DNA of 64,000 nucleotides from Eledone cirrhosa (taxonomy: Eukaryota): assembly GCA_964016885.1 (NCBI GenBank), contig OZ024741.1, positions 369,024,001 to 369,088,000 of the forward strand, written 5' to 3'. The notes under the pieces were generated by a model that was not told the DNA's origin, did no database searches, and saw nothing but the letters and a program-made list of their open reading frames with translations. Numbering within the stretch: position 1 is the first letter of the stretch; the number at the start of each line of letters is the position of its first letter. Of the stretch, positions 13,038 to 26,149 are shown one piece after another. The translations under genes and the position numbers were made by a program.

Positions 13038-13449
13038 AATAGATTTTCCTATTAAGATAAATAATTTTGATATTTAATCATTGAAGCTAACGTGTCATAG
13101 TACATAATTTAAATCCTTCCATTATTATATTTTTAATCAAAAACCTATTCAAATAATCAAGAATTTTAGAGGGGTTTAGCTATATAACTAATTTTTTTCA
13201 TTTAGCTGATGTTTGGAACATAATTTAACAAAAGTTCTTACATAAAATTATGATGGAAAGGTTTTTGATAAACAAACATTTTAAAGTAAATATTTCTTTA
13301 AAATAAAGAATGAAGGTTGGTTTCAGGCGGTTTGGTATGAAAAAGGAGAAACTTTACTATGGTCATTATACTGGGATTCTGAACAAACATAATTTTCTTA
13401 GAATCGTATTTTTAAGAAGTGTGGAGTGAATTATGAAATTTGAATGTAT

Positions 13450-13610
13450 ATGGAAGGGTATCCAGCTATAAAAACCAAGCCAAAATCGGTTCTGTATGAG
13501 CATGACATGGTCACCTGACCTAGCATTGCTCACAACAGGATAACTCGTCTAACCGATGCCAGCATGGAAAAATGGACGTTAAACGGTGATGATGATGATG
13601 ATGATGATGA
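13450..13610 (+). mobile_element. RTE subfamily A-like 3' tail fragment
   Basis: ggaagggtatccagct...ggacgttaaacgg(tga)n. Confidence 0.75.
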
Positions 13611-13884
13611 TTAGCTTAAAGTTAACTGCTTCAATGCAGGCTTTTGACTATGAAAACTAATTGAACAAGTTGGGCATATAAGCACCAAAAGACAGAAAAA
13701 AGTGAACAGCATTATCTGTAGAACTCAAACTCACACCAACCATCCTGCATATGGCAGATGTGTATTTGAGTCACACAGGTGATGGTGTCCACATTTTTTC
13801 TGTCTATAGGGGCTTATATGCCCAAATTGTTCAACTAGTTTTCATCATCAAAAACCTGCATTGAAAAAATTAACTTTAAGTTAA
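13611..13884. mobile_element. Fold-back (palindromic) MITE
   Basis: ~125-bp imperfect inverted arms (ttaaagttaa..tgcagg..gggcatataagc / gcttatatgccc..cctgca..ttaactttaa). Confidence 0.75.
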
Positions 13885-15009
13885 CTTACATTCAAAATTC
13901 TGCTTGCTTCAGAATGTCTTCCTGATAACAGAAATCAAATACTGGGAATCATTTAATCTGTCAAGTCATAATTAGCTCTCCTGAAATAGTGTTAACTTCA
14001 CAGCCAAAAGTGTGAATTAATATTCTGTCCTTATATATGAATCTCAATGGTTCAAGAAGCCTAGTTGTTAATGGTTACCATCAGAATTTCAGGTTGTGCT
14101 GACACCAATGTTTTGTTAGTTTGCTGAGCTGAGCAGAGCAGAGATCAACAAGGAATAAATGAGCAGCCTAGCCTGGAAAGAACTTCTTTCCAATAAATTT
14201 ACATCATGAAATCATAGATTTCTAAGCAAGCTCAACCTATTGAAACATGAACTCCATCAATCTCACTGGTCTCAGAAGACCTGCAAAAGCCATGGGCAAA
14301 GCCCCTTTCTCCAGACCAAACAATTGAAAAAACAAAACTACATTGTGGTAGGTTGCTGTTGTTTAGCCTAGGTCAACCTTGGTTGAGCAGATCTATGATG
14401 AAACATATAAGGCTTTCCACATAATTTTACTTTCAAAAATGATGTATATAGGACTACATTATTCAATGTGTCCTTCCTTTTTTTAAAGATGGTAGATATG
14501 TTTTGAAGAAGATTTGACTAGCATTTCTAGCAAATCGAACAAATACATAGAAGCACCCACATTAGCTCCCAAAAGTACTTTTGTTGGTGGTTTTAGAAAA
14601 AGAGAAATATGGATGATGGAAAAGGAATTTCAGAAGAATGCAGTTGCAAGAAGGAAGATTTAGGAAAAGTATTTGTCTTACAATCTAACACAGATACATA
14701 TTAGTAAATAAATATGTGAGTAGGAGTAAAGGTGTGGAAAATATGTTTAAATGGATGTGATATAGATAAGACAAGTTCAGAAGAGCAGAAACTATGGTTG
14801 GAACAATACAAAAAAAAAGGAATGAAATGTAGGATGGTTGTAAATCATAAATAATAGTTTATAATTAAACATCTATTTAACCCTTTCACGACTTTATGTA
14901 TGTTTCAATTAATTCTCAATATAACCAAGATTTTAGAAAAGCTTCAGGTTTATTAAAATAGTTATATTACAACTTCTGTTCACCAACTGATATCTTACAT
15001 TATTGTTTA

Positions 15010-15180
15010 TTCTTGTTGGACGCCATGCTTTGCAACACAGAGTTACGGCCCTTTGCGGGATGAATTCAAATCCCGCCTAGGTTAACTTTGCCCTTTCATC
15101 CTTACGGAGTTGATAAAATAAAGCACCAGCAATACACTGGGATAATTGCTGGCCTAGTGTCAAAAGTAGAAACAATTATT
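15010..15180 (+). mobile_element. Second-family SINE
   Basis: ttcaaatcccgcc..aactttgccctttcatcc..gataaaataaagcacc. Confidence 0.7.
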
Positions 15181-15442
15181 TATTCTTGCCATGAGATTTT
15201 GATCTAGATTTTAATTTAAATATGAAGGTATAGGAAATCTTAGCCAGATTGAAAAAGTTAAGAAGCACTTTTATAAGTTAAAATTTTATTACAACAATCA
15301 TTGGAAAAACACAGGTAACTCTGATTGCTTTTGTTTGAAATACTGCTAAATGGTTTCACTTTCTTTTTCATGGCTGAGCTTTATCTGTAGTAAAGACATC
15401 ACATAAAAAAAAAAAGAAAACACTTCTTCAACTCATTCTCCA

Positions 15443-15672
15443 TTAACCTTTTAGCATTTACATTACTCTATATATACAATTGTATTTTTGTGGTAAATGC
15501 TTTACTTCACAAAATTATCTCACATAATATTGAGTCTATGGAATTTTAATATTATTAATTTTGAGAACATTACCGTAACACAAGAATGAGTGGCCAGTTA
15601 TGGCTAGTTTGAAGAGAAAAAAGGTGAGAGAATTCTGGCCGGATATGGCCGGTTTAAATGCTAAAGGCTTAA
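15443..15672. mobile_element. piggyBac-like TTAA MITE, family P1
   Basis: TIR ttaaccttttagcattta / taaatgctaaaggcttaa. Confidence 0.82.
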
Positions 15673-16599
15673 ATTCAGAATAGCATATATTTAGTATACT
15701 AGTAAAGTAACCGACCATCACACAGCATATGCAAATTCAATTCTCTGAAGTGTCCCTGTCCACTTTTTTCATTCTCCAGGGGTTTATTTACACAACTTTT
15801 TCAACAATTTCATCTGGCACTTCGTAAAATGGTTAATCATTTGTTGTGGCATTTAGTGCTGGTCTCATGAAAAATGTAAAACCATGTGGATTTTATCATG
15901 ACTCTAACATTAGGCAAGTTGTCATTGTCTTTCACACAGCTCAAGAGTCCTCTCAACTATGTTTGGCAAGTTTTCTAAGGCTGGATGCCATTCCTATCAA
16001 CAACCACTTTACAGTGTGTACTGGGGGCATTTATCATGTACTTTACCAACACTAGAGAGGTTGTTGGGCCCCTAACACAACTAAGAGTCCTTTCAATCTT
16101 TTTGACATGGTTTCTACATTGGAGTGGCCTTCATATTGCCAACCCCATACAGGATGTACTGGGCTCAATTATCATAACATTGTCACTAGAAATGTCATCA
16201 TTGACTCAACAGAAGAGACCTCACTACTCTATCCAGCAGTGGGAGAAGCATTATGGTGATAACAGCTACTAGGAGGCTATGACTGGTGTGTCAGGGTTTA
16301 GAAGCATTGTATCTAGAGTTGAGTGGGAGGTTTGGATGACTTTGAGTAGAGTGTGAATGTTAAGATATATGTGTGACTTGTATATATATATATATATATA
16401 CAAGTCACACAGAAGCCTAAAAAGGTATATTCTGAGGTTCCCAACAGATCCCTTGAAAATGGATATAGCATCTGAAATATATTGGGACTAAGAAATATTA
16501 CCAAGGTATCATAATCTCTAGTTTCTTGTTTTTCCTTTTTCTTCTTCCCGTCTTTACAGTCAGTCACACCTTTCTTATTCCTCATCCATTTTTGTTACC

Positions 16600-16890
16600 T
16601 TAATATTCACATCCATATCTGCATTGTAGCGGCTTCCAAGATATACACTTTTCACACACAATGTAACAGGTTCTCTGTGAGAAGCTTCAAGAGGCAAATC
16701 CTCACTCATAATGGGATCCAGTCCATAACACATTCTGACAGCAGGGGGCTTGTGAGTATCCCCACTTCTGCTTGTGCAGTCACTTCTGGTACTACAACTG
16801 AATAGTGGAGGTTCCATCCTCCATCCAAATCTATGTATCAGAGCCACAGAACTTTGTTGAAGAAACAAAAGTACTTTCTGAAACCCAGGA
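16600..16890 (-). mobile_element. Expander-like RTE endonuclease N-terminal relic
   Basis: Minus-strand LDGGWNLHYS..AQAEVGILTSP resembles the GW.L.YSGV..AGVG.L motif of Expander/RTE endonucleases. Confidence 0.55.
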
Positions 16891-17119
16891 AGACTAGGTT
16901 TTTTTAGAGGTGGCCTTTACTTGTTTCATCATAGATACATCACTGGGTTGTGAGAGTTTTCTTGGGAGCTACAAGTGTCTTCCATTGCTCCATCTTCCCT
17001 AGTAGTCAGGGGTTGCTTATTCATCCAGCAGCTGCCCACTTATACCACAACAATGCAACAAACCATCATATCTGGTGGCCATATCACTATCTACCACCTG
17101 CAACATGTTCTCTAGCAGA

Positions 17120-17404
17120 ACAGCTCGGTCGAGAAAGAGCCACTACTTCTTTGAATTGAAAGATCACATACTCTGATACTATGGGCATGTGGTTAGAATG
17201 TCTCAGGAAAGAATCACTGGACAGATTCTACAGGCAAAACCACCTGGTAGGGGACCCAGGGATAGATCCCGCTTGGCTGGTCTGCCTTGGGGATCTAGCC
17301 GGATCAGTTCAAGGTGGTTGCTTCTGACAGGACCAGCTGGAAGGGGTGTTTGAGGACTCTACCCCCATGACCCTCTCAGGAATAAGTGGGAGAAGAAGAA
17401 GAAG
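17120..17404 (+). mobile_element. Expander-like RTE 3' fragment with (GAA)n tail
   Basis: YYGHVVRMSQER..ILQAKP.G..PR; same terminus as 1-590. Confidence 0.7.
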
Positions 17405-17569
17405 TGTGGAATGGGGACTGGAGCAAGGGTGTAATGGTATAGGCGAAGGGTGGGATGATCAGATGGGGTGGGGGTGTTAGGTCATGGGAGGTGTATGGAA
17501 AGGGAGGGAGGATAGTAGTTAAGGGGTGCATCTTAATGAATGCTTCAGTCAGTGCACATGTGAATGTTG

Positions 17570-17830
17570 GTCTTCTGTATTACTGTAGAACTCCAAAGAT
17601 CTCAGTCCTGTGTTATTGGCTTTGAGAGGTGCAATTGTACCAGGTCAGCTTTCATTACATCATCGCAAGTCTTCCTGGTTCTTCCTACTCCATAGCTTCC
17701 ATCAACTTTGATTGCCCTGCATCTTTTTATACAGCTGTCATCCTTCATATGCCTCACAAGGTCATACCAATGCAATCTGCTCTCTTGCATACTGTATCTG
17801 ATCACTCTTATGCTCAATTTCTCTCAGTTC
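17570..17830 (-). mobile_element. Degenerate RTE C-terminal fragment
   Basis: RLHWY..MKDDSCIKRCRAIKVDGS.GVGR.RKT. Confidence 0.8.
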
Positions 17831-18729
17831 TTTTACTCTTTGATGTATGTGTATATTACTATTACACACACATACTCACACACACACACACATATATATT
17901 TATACTAGACCACCTGTGACCCGTTGGGACATGTTCACTTAAAAATAATTTTAAAATAATTAAAATATACACAGACAGACATGTATATAATGTAAAATGA
18001 AATATATATATGTGTGTGTGTGTGTGGCTGTCTGTGACCTATATACACTGGTCACAGACACACACATACACACAAACTTAGAAACCCTTCCTATTTAGCA
18101 GGAAATATTTGCTACACACATCATGCCCTAACACAAGTTATCTGATACATATGACTTAATATTCAGTCACTAAATTTTAGCTAAATACAGTAATGCTGTA
18201 TTCGATTCTTTGAAGTCACCTGTTATAATTTCATTTAACAGCACCAACAGCTCTCCCCTCTCTCTCTTCCATTTTCCTTCTGTCTCCTTCTCTTTATATA
18301 TATATATGTCACTCTTTCAATCTACTCTCTCACAACCAATATCTCTTTCTCTGTATCTTATCTTTGTCTCTTTCTCTATTTACACGGAAAAATCCCGTAT
18401 CTTGAGAACCCTTGCTCCGATTTATGTAAAACTTGTTTTATTCCATTTGTATTCCCATTTCAGGGTCAACTTCCTTTCAAAGTATTTTCCCATTATGGGC
18501 CCTTTTGGCTATATTACATTACAGACAAGCAAGCAAGCAGTCACAGAATTTTAGTAGTATATAGATAGATAGATAGATATGCATTACATTAGAACACTGG
18601 ATTAAATATATTGCTGTATTTATTACAGCTCCTGGCATTCTGAGTTCAAATCCTGCCAGAGTCAACTTTACCTTTCATTATTTTGGAATCAATAAGTAGA
18701 ATACCAGCCACGAGCAGTGGACTGTCACC

Positions 18730-19214
18730 AGCACAGTTTCTCAACCTTTTTACCCTTGTGGGACCCTTGAAATAATTTTTATGTCTTAGGGAACCCCTAC
18801 ATAAAAATTATTGTATCATCATCATCATCATCATCATCGTTTAACGTCTATCTTCCACGCTAGCATGAGTTAGACGGGAGTTGTCCCACTTGAGGCAAGA
18901 TTGGTCGGCTGACCGTGTCTCACTTGTATAGGACTATCTGGCAGGTTTTCTATGGCAGGATGCCCTTCCTAACACCAACCACATTTACAGTGTGGACTGG
19001 GAGCTTTTTACCTTGTTACCTACATGACTACATTACAGCGTGGACTGTGCGTTTTTTTGTCGTGACACCTACACAACCACTTTAGTGTGGACTGGATGTT
19101 GTATACCATTATTAATATCTATATCTTTTAGCTTATTTATCACTGTTTCTTGTGGAACCCCTAGCGATCTCGTGGAACACATGGGTTCCAGGGAACACTG
19201 GTTGAGAAACATGC
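18730..19214. mobile_element. hAT/Charlie-like MITE containing a nested LINE-B tail (~18816-19100, minus)
   Basis: gtttctcaacc ... ggttgagaaac termini; internal (CAT)n plus LINE-B 3' UTR. Confidence 0.7.
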
Positions 19215-19291
19215 CCATCAAACTGGCTCTGTGTTTTGAGTTCAAATTCCTTTGTGGCTACTTGGGTGGTAGACTTAATCAATTACCTGGT

Positions 19292-19515
19292 TTAACCCTT
19301 TAACATTTACATTATATATACTATTGTATTTTTGTGGTAAAGGCTTTATCTCATATAATTATCTCACATAATATCGAATCTATGACATTTTGATATTATT
19401 TATTTTGAGAACAATACCTTAACGTCAGTATGAGTGGTCAGTTATGGCCAGTTTGAACAGAAAGAGGTGAGAGAATTCTGGCTGGATATGGCCAGTTTAA
19501 ATGCTAAAGTGTTAA
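19292..19515. mobile_element. piggyBac-like TTAA MITE, family P1
   Basis: ttaaccctttaacattta / taaatgctaaagtgttaa. Confidence 0.82.
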
Positions 19516-19989
19516 CACAACTACTTGACTCCAGGGTGCCTTTATCAGAGTCTACTTTGTTGCAAGCAATCTGATTAGTTGTCTGGTTTAAAGATACTTT
19601 CTTCCCTGCTACCAGTCATAGAGGTCCCTGAAAAGGGTCACAAATGCTGCCCTCTTTCATGACTATGCCAAAAAAGGTAAACAAAAAGTATCAATTTCTG
19701 TTTGTTTCAGCAGTATTTTTCTTTAACGCCAACAAATTCACTATTAACAAAAAATTATAGATTTATTATCAAAATATTTAAAAATAAAAGAAGAAAACCC
19801 CCTCCAAATTAAAATTTAGATGTTTCATCATTTTTCCAAATTAATTTAGCTACAGTAAATGACCTTCAGCTTAAATGGTGTGAAGTTGGGCATGTAAACT
19901 GGTGTTTAGTGAAAAGTTAATTATATTAGTTACACAGGTGAAATTATTAATGGTGTGCATCTAATTATAATAGTGGTTAGAAACAGTGT

Positions 19990-20312
19990 TAGTGGTGGTT
20001 GTGGTGTTATGCTGGTAGTGGGGGGGGGGGATGAATGATGGTATTATGGTAGTAGAGGTAGTGTGGTGGTGGTGGGAACAGTGGTGATGGTAGTTATTGT
20101 GGTGGTGGTGATTGTGGTGGTAATGGTGGTGGTGGTGGTGATGGTGGTGGTGGTGGTGGTGGAGGTAATGGTGGTGGTGATGGTGTGGTGCTGATGGTAG
20201 AGGTAATGGTGGTGGTGGTAATGGTGGTATTGGTGATGGTGGGGGTAATGGTGGTGGCGGTGATGATGGTGGTGGGGACAGTGACGGGGGGGGGGGATGA
20301 TGGTGGTGGTGA
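19990..20312. repeat. Degenerate (GGT)n microsatellite
   Basis: Seen directly. Confidence 0.9.
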
Positions 20313-20331
20313 CAGGAACAATGTGAATATT

Positions 20332-20559
20332 TTAACCCTTTCGAGACCACATTTCTAATGAAATACATTGTATTTCAATTAATTAATGAAGACTTTAGAT
20401 GAATTTTCTAAAATGATTAATTAATTCATTATTAAGGGGATATTTGTAACATAACATATGAAAAGGTTCTTATATAAAATTATGATGGAAGGTTTTTAAT
20501 TAAAACAGAATCCGTTTAAAAAGGGTTGGTTTTGAACAGGTTCATATCAAAAGAGTTAA
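20332..20559. mobile_element. Second TTAA MITE family (P2), sharing its right TTAA with a P1 copy
   Basis: ttaaccctttcgaga ... atatcaaaagagttaa. Confidence 0.6.
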
Positions 20560-20773
20560 CCCTTTAATGTTCAAACCGGCCAAAATTCTCTACCTCTTTC
20601 GGTTAAAACTGGCTGTAACTGGCCACTCATACTGATGTTAAGGTATTGTTCTCAAAATAAATACTTTCAAAGTCTCATAGATTCAATATTATGTGAGATA
20701 ATTATGTGAGGTAAAGCCTTTACCATGAAAATATAATAGTATATATAGAATAATGTGAATGCTAAAGGGTTAA
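20556..20773. mobile_element. piggyBac-like TTAA MITE, family P1 (opposite orientation)
   Basis: ttaaccctttaatgttc / gaatgctaaagggttaa. Confidence 0.82.
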
Positions 20774-20900
20774 GGGGTGAGATTTGTTATAATATAACAT
20801 AAGAGAATATAACAATTAGAATTACTGAAGACTAGAAAGTGAGCCTAGATCATAAATCAGCTCAGTTATGGTTGTTACGGAACTAAACAACATCAACAAC

Positions 20901-21108
20901 TTAACCCTTTAGCATTACTCTATATATATATACTGTTCTGTTTTTGTGATAAAGGCTTTATCTCACATTAAATCTTACATAATATCGAATCTATGAGATT
21001 TTGATATTATTTATTTTGAGAACAATACCTTAACATCAGTATGAGTGGCTAGATACAGTCGATTTGAACAGAAAGAGGTGAGAATTTTGGCTGGATATGG
21101 CCAGTTTA
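20901..21108. mobile_element. P1 MITE truncated at a SINE
   Basis: Left TIR intact; right end is replaced by SINE sequence. Confidence 0.75.
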
Positions 21109-21109
21109 G

Positions 21110-21347
21110 GCTGGTACTTATTCCAGTTTCATGACATGAAGCGACTGAGAATACAAGACTTCCCCAGTCCATCGCAGGGTTAAACCTCCAGATATTGCTG
21201 GTACTCATTTTCAGCTAAGTATACTGGAGCAATGTGAAATGAAGTGTTTTGTTCAAGATCACAATACACAGCCCAGTCCAGGAATCAAACCCACAACATT
21301 ATGATTGTAAGTCCAACACCCTTATCACTAGGCCACATGCCTCCACT
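21110..21347 (-). mobile_element. tRNA-derived SINE with an alternative (non-LINE-A) tail
   Basis: Minus strand: tggcctagtg A box, gtttgattcc B box, body as at 6138, then cctgcgatggactgg..gcttcatg. Confidence 0.75.
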
Positions 21348-22007
21348 AAGAGTACATGGACTTGTGGAATACTCTGCCAGTTATGGATTAATTTAACAAG
21401 TAGGACACCCTGTTAATGCAACAACTACAACACTGATTATTGAAACCAAAGAAGTTCCATTTATATCAAACTCTATAGATTTTCTCATAGAAGAATTAGT
21501 CACATTAGTTACAGCTAAACTTGGCAACAAAAAGGAGCACCAATTTATCACATTGCTAAAAGAAAAACTGGGTTTCTTTTAAACCCTTTTGATACCAAAC
21601 TGTCTGAAACTATCCTTGGTTCAATGATAGGAAGCTCTTCATTTTAAATTGTTTATATTTATCTAAAGACCATCCAGCAGAATTTTATGTTAACCTTTAT
21701 GTTGTTTCCAAACATTGGCCTAATAATGAGAAAATTAGTTATATTATCAAATCCTTCCAAATTCTTGATTATTTTCAAAATTTTCATTAGAAATATAGAA
21801 ATGAAAGTGCTAATAAGTTAAGTCATATTGTTATCACCTCATGAATAATTTTATGTACTTACTATAAAAGCTATATAGTTTCAGGATTTTCCACATTTTT
21901 TAGAAGGTAAAATGAAACAAAAGAATGTCTATGTCCTTGTTGCTACTCTCATTACCTTCACTATCACTAATATCCATCTGTCTATCACTATCATCACTTC
22001 CACCATG

Positions 22008-22478
22008 TTAACCCTTTAGCGTTTAAACTGGCCATATCAGGCTAGAGTTCTTTCACCTTTTTCTGTTCAAACCAGCTGTAACCAGCTGCTCAAACTGACA
22101 TTAAGATGCTGTTCTCAAAATAAAATATCATCAACATCTCGCAGCTTCAATATTATGTGAGATATGTATGTGAGGTAAAGTGTTTACCATGAAAATACAA
22201 TACTATATATAAAGTAATGTAAATGCTAAAGCGTTAAAGAATGCCACCACCACCGCCGCCTTAGCATTTAAACCGGCTGTATCCTGTCAGAATTCTCTCA
22301 CCTCTTTCTGTTCAAACTGGCTGTAACTGGCCACACATACTGATGTTGAGGTATTGTTCTCAAAATAAATATCACAATCTCATAGATTCAATATTATATG
22401 AGAAAATTATGTGAAGTAAACCCTTTACCGTAAAAATACAATAGTATATACAGAGTAATGTATATGCTAAAGGGTAAA
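22008..22478. mobile_element. Two adjacent P1 MITEs (22008-22237 and ~22260-22478)
   Basis: TTAACCCTTTAGC termini and shared internal sequence. Confidence 0.8.
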
Positions 22479-22804
22479 ATGATGATGAAGGTCACGATGA
22501 CATTTCATGCTAAAAGACATAGTAAAAGGCTAACTGTTTTTAAGATATTTATCTAATTTCTATTTTATTATCAACTAGGATCATTCTAAGAGTTAATTCT
22601 ATCCATTTTTTAATCTTGCTGACATATAATTTCTTTAGAGGACATTTGAAATAGTCATAAGTTCCTCTTCTATGATGACTTTGATATTTATCACTAACAT
22701 AGTTTATTTGTTGCTTGGGAAGTTGTGGTGGTGAGTGTATCATACTAACATAGTTTACTTGTTGCTTGGGAAGTTGTGGTGGTGAGTGTATCATAACTGT
22801 TAGC

Positions 22805-22990
22805 AGCACCACCACCACCACCACAACAGCCATAACAACAACAACCAGCACCACCAGCACCACCACAACAATCATCACCACCACCCCAACAACAACAACA
22901 ACCAACACCACGAGCAGCAGCACCACCACCAAACCCACCACCACCACCACAACAACAACAATCAGTACCACCACCCCAACAATAACAACA
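22805..22990. repeat. (CAC/CAA)n microsatellite
   Basis: Seen directly. Confidence 0.9.
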
Positions 22991-23151
22991 TTAAAAGGAA
23001 AAAGAAAGGAAAGGATGCTTAACTCCTGATGGAATGATACAGGTGCCGTCTTGACACATTTGAGCATTTTAAACTTGGTCCAGCCCATCCCTTTGCAGGT
23101 CTAACAACACCAGCCAACTTCTTTCAGAGAAGGAGAGAGAGCAAGTGAAAG

Positions 23152-24293
23152 TACCATATTTTACAGAATATAGGATGTGCTTTTCTTTCCAAAATTTGAC
23201 CCTCCAAATCACTGTGTGTCTTATAAGGGTAAGGTCAGATTTGAGGGTAATTACAGTATGTAAAAATTTTATAATTAAAAATGGCCTCAACTTGAGGAAG
23301 AACTGAAAACCTGGGTTCTTGACAACACAGAAACTTTGAACTATGTCATATTGCAAATATCGATGAGGTGCCACTGAGATTTGATGTTCCCTCGAACACG
23401 ACTGTGGATGTTAAAGGTACCAAAGCAGTAACTGTTAAAACGACTGGTCACAAAAAAGACACTACACTGTAGTATTGACTTATTGTGCAGATAGCACGAA
23501 ACTGCCACCACTTCTAATATTTAAAAGAAAGACATTTTCAAAAGACACTTTTCCATCAGGAGTTGTTATTCATGTCCACTCCAAGGTATGGAGGGACGAA
23601 AATGACATTAAGTTATGGCTAGATAAAGTATAGTCACGGCATCTTGGTGCTTTACTCAAAAGACCATCACTTCTTGTTTGGGACCAATTTCGTGCACATA
23701 CAATTGAGAATACAGTAAAGAGGATAAAGAATTTAAACACTGAAATAGCTGTCATACCTGGTGGACTGACTTCTCAATTACAAACCCTTGATGTTTCACT
23801 AAACAAGCCTTTTAAGGCACACATGAGAGAGGAATGGAATAATTGGATAAAGGTCCTGCAACATGAATTAACACCGACAGGACATATGAAGAGGCCTACA
23901 TTTTCCCAGGTAACCCAATGGGTGAAAAACTCATGGTGTGTTGTGAAAACCAAGGTAGTTATAAAACCTTTAGAAAAATGTGGCATCAGCAACGCCCTAG
24001 ATGGCATCGAAGATGGTTTTCTGTATAATGAGAGGGATACAAGTGATTCTGAAAACAGCGATGACCCCAGGGAATGTGGATAAGATAATGAATTTCAGGA
24101 ACTAGATGAGGGTGACAGCCAGGAAATCAATGAGGATGATAGTAATCATGATTTTATAAGATTTGAAAGTGATCAAAATTTTAATAGCGTTAATAGTGTT
24201 AATTCCCCTTAATTTTATTTTTCTTGGATATTCATCTTAAATTTAGAGTGTGTCCTATATTCTGGTGCCTCTTATATTCCGAAAAATACAGTA
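23152..24293 (+). mobile_element. pogo-family DNA transposon relic (DDE_1 transposase pseudogene)
   Basis: TA-flanked TIRs (taccatattttacagaatatagg / cttatattccgaaaaatacagta); DEVP..FD, KLPPLLIFKRK, LLVWDQFRAH, IPGGLTSQLQTLDVSLNKPFK; frameshifts and stop; N-terminus missing. Confidence 0.92.
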
Positions 24294-24757
24294 ATTAAGA
24301 GAGAAAGAGGAAGAAACTATTGCAGTACTGGACTGGTAATTTATTTATTGATCCTGAAAAGATAAAAGACAATGTTGACCTCAGCAAAATTTGAAATCAG
24401 AGTGCAATTAACCGGAACAAATCCAATGGCCCTAAAGACTAAAATTCACCATCTTAACAACAACATTGACATCAATGATACTAGTGTATGCTGTTTGCTA
24501 ACAGTGTTGGGTAACAAGTGTATATATAACAAGATATATATTTCAAATTTAGACATCTGATCATAGCTTCAGTTAGCTACTTCTAGTTATAACTATGTTC
24601 TCTATCCAACCTACCAGAAAACCTATGTGGCCACTTTTGTATTCACACATATAGAAATATCATTCATGCAGAAAAAAACATAGACATTTATTGATCAAAG
24701 AGGAGGAACAAACTAAATTAATATAGCATTTGTAATTGTCATGATTTAATAGATGTA

Positions 24758-24950
24758 GTGGTGATGGTGGTGGTGGTGGTGATGGTGGTGGTGGTGGTGG
24801 TGGTGGTGGTGATGGTGGAGGTGGAGGTGGTGGTAGTGGTGGTAGCACTGGTGCATGAAGCAATGGTAGTGGTGGTAATTTTGGCGGTAGTAGCACTGAT
24901 GCATGAAGTTATGGTAGTAGTTTTTGTAGTGGTGGTGGCAGTGTTAGGTA
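24758..24950. repeat. (GGT)n microsatellite
   Basis: Seen directly. Confidence 0.9.
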
Positions 24951-25329
24951 ATAATAAGGTGTGATGTTGTTTATACAATAACAATACACAAGAACTATGC
25001 GGGAGGTTATGAGGAAAATATAATATTAATGTCAATGCAATACAAAGCAATGTAAATGTGATATTATTAAGGTTATGAATCTACATAAATTTGAATAAAT
25101 TTGGTTGACAGGAAGAAGTTAAATATACAGATAACATAAATAAGTGGTTGTAGATAATGAGGATTTGATATATGTAGATACATACAAACACACATATATA
25201 TACATGCACACACAGATATATATAAATAAATATAGTACAGTCATGACCTGATGGCTGAGCTCATGCGATTTTGAGAGGATCTTGTTGCCAATAAAAGCAC
25301 ACACACCAGTTGAGTTTCAATTCGGTTGT

Positions 25330-25545
25330 TGGCAGTATTGGTAGAGCATTGAACACCATGCTTTGCAGCATATAGTTATGTCCCGTTACTTTCTGAGTTC
25401 AAATCCTGCTGAGGCTAGCTTTGCCTTTCATCTTGACAGTGTAGATAAAATAAAGTACCAGTAATGCACTGTGGTTGATTTAGTTGACTTCCCCCTCCCT
25501 GCAAAATTGTTGGCCTTGTGTCTAAATTAGAAACCATTATTAGTC
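25330..25545 (+). mobile_element. Near full-length second-family SINE
   Basis: A-box-like tggcagtattgg, B box gagttcaaatcc, 3' ggccttgtg..tagaaaccattattag. Confidence 0.75.
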
Positions 25546-25817
25546 ATGCAGCTATTCCATTTCGAGGTAAGTTTATCTACTGGATGGTTATGTCATTGTC
25601 AAAGCACTTTCATTACACATCATGTTATCTTTTCAATGAATCTTCTTGCTTTTGTGTCTCCTTTTCATTTTGATTTTGCATTATTTACTCCATCTTGACA
25701 GAAATTTGCCTTCCAATGAAGTACATGCAAAACCCATCCAGTGCCTGGAAGTAAAACAAGTTAAGTCTGATGTAGAGATATCTCCAAGGAAATCTTCAAA
25801 GCAGGAAAATACACTGA

Positions 25818-26072
25818 ATCATCATCATCATCATGATCATCATTTTACGTCCGCTTTTCCCTGCTTGCAAGGGTGGGACGGGAACTGATTCTGGCTTGAT
25901 TTCTACAGCTGGATGCCCTTCCTAACACCAACCTCATTTACAGTGAGTGCTGGGTGCTTTTTTTCCGTAGCACCTTCACGACAACTTTGCAGTGGAATGA
26001 TAGGGACCCCAGTCCTATCATCTCATTTCTACAGCTGAGTAATAAAGTGTCTTGCTCAAGGAAACAACACAT
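25818..26072 (-). mobile_element. 5'-truncated copy of the 6138 SINE
   Basis: Reverse complement of ~6213-6478, including the hairpin and (GAT)n tail. Confidence 0.88.
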
Positions 26073-26149
26073 CTCTAAGAAAATTTCCAGAATAGGAAAA
26101 TATGTAGGATTTTTATGCTCTGAGCGAATTGTAAAGAATTCTTATATGT

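Noticed and set aside
22694-22796. 51-bp tandem duplication
   Set aside because: Real, but only two copies next to a microsatellite; ordinary slippage
23152-24293. Domesticated pogo gene (POGK/TIGD-like)
   Set aside because: Retains TIRs, has frameshifts and a stop, and lacks the DNA-binding N-terminus
19961-25050. Poly-His/Pro/Thr/Val ORFs
   Set aside because: Translations of (GGT)n/(CAC)n microsatellites
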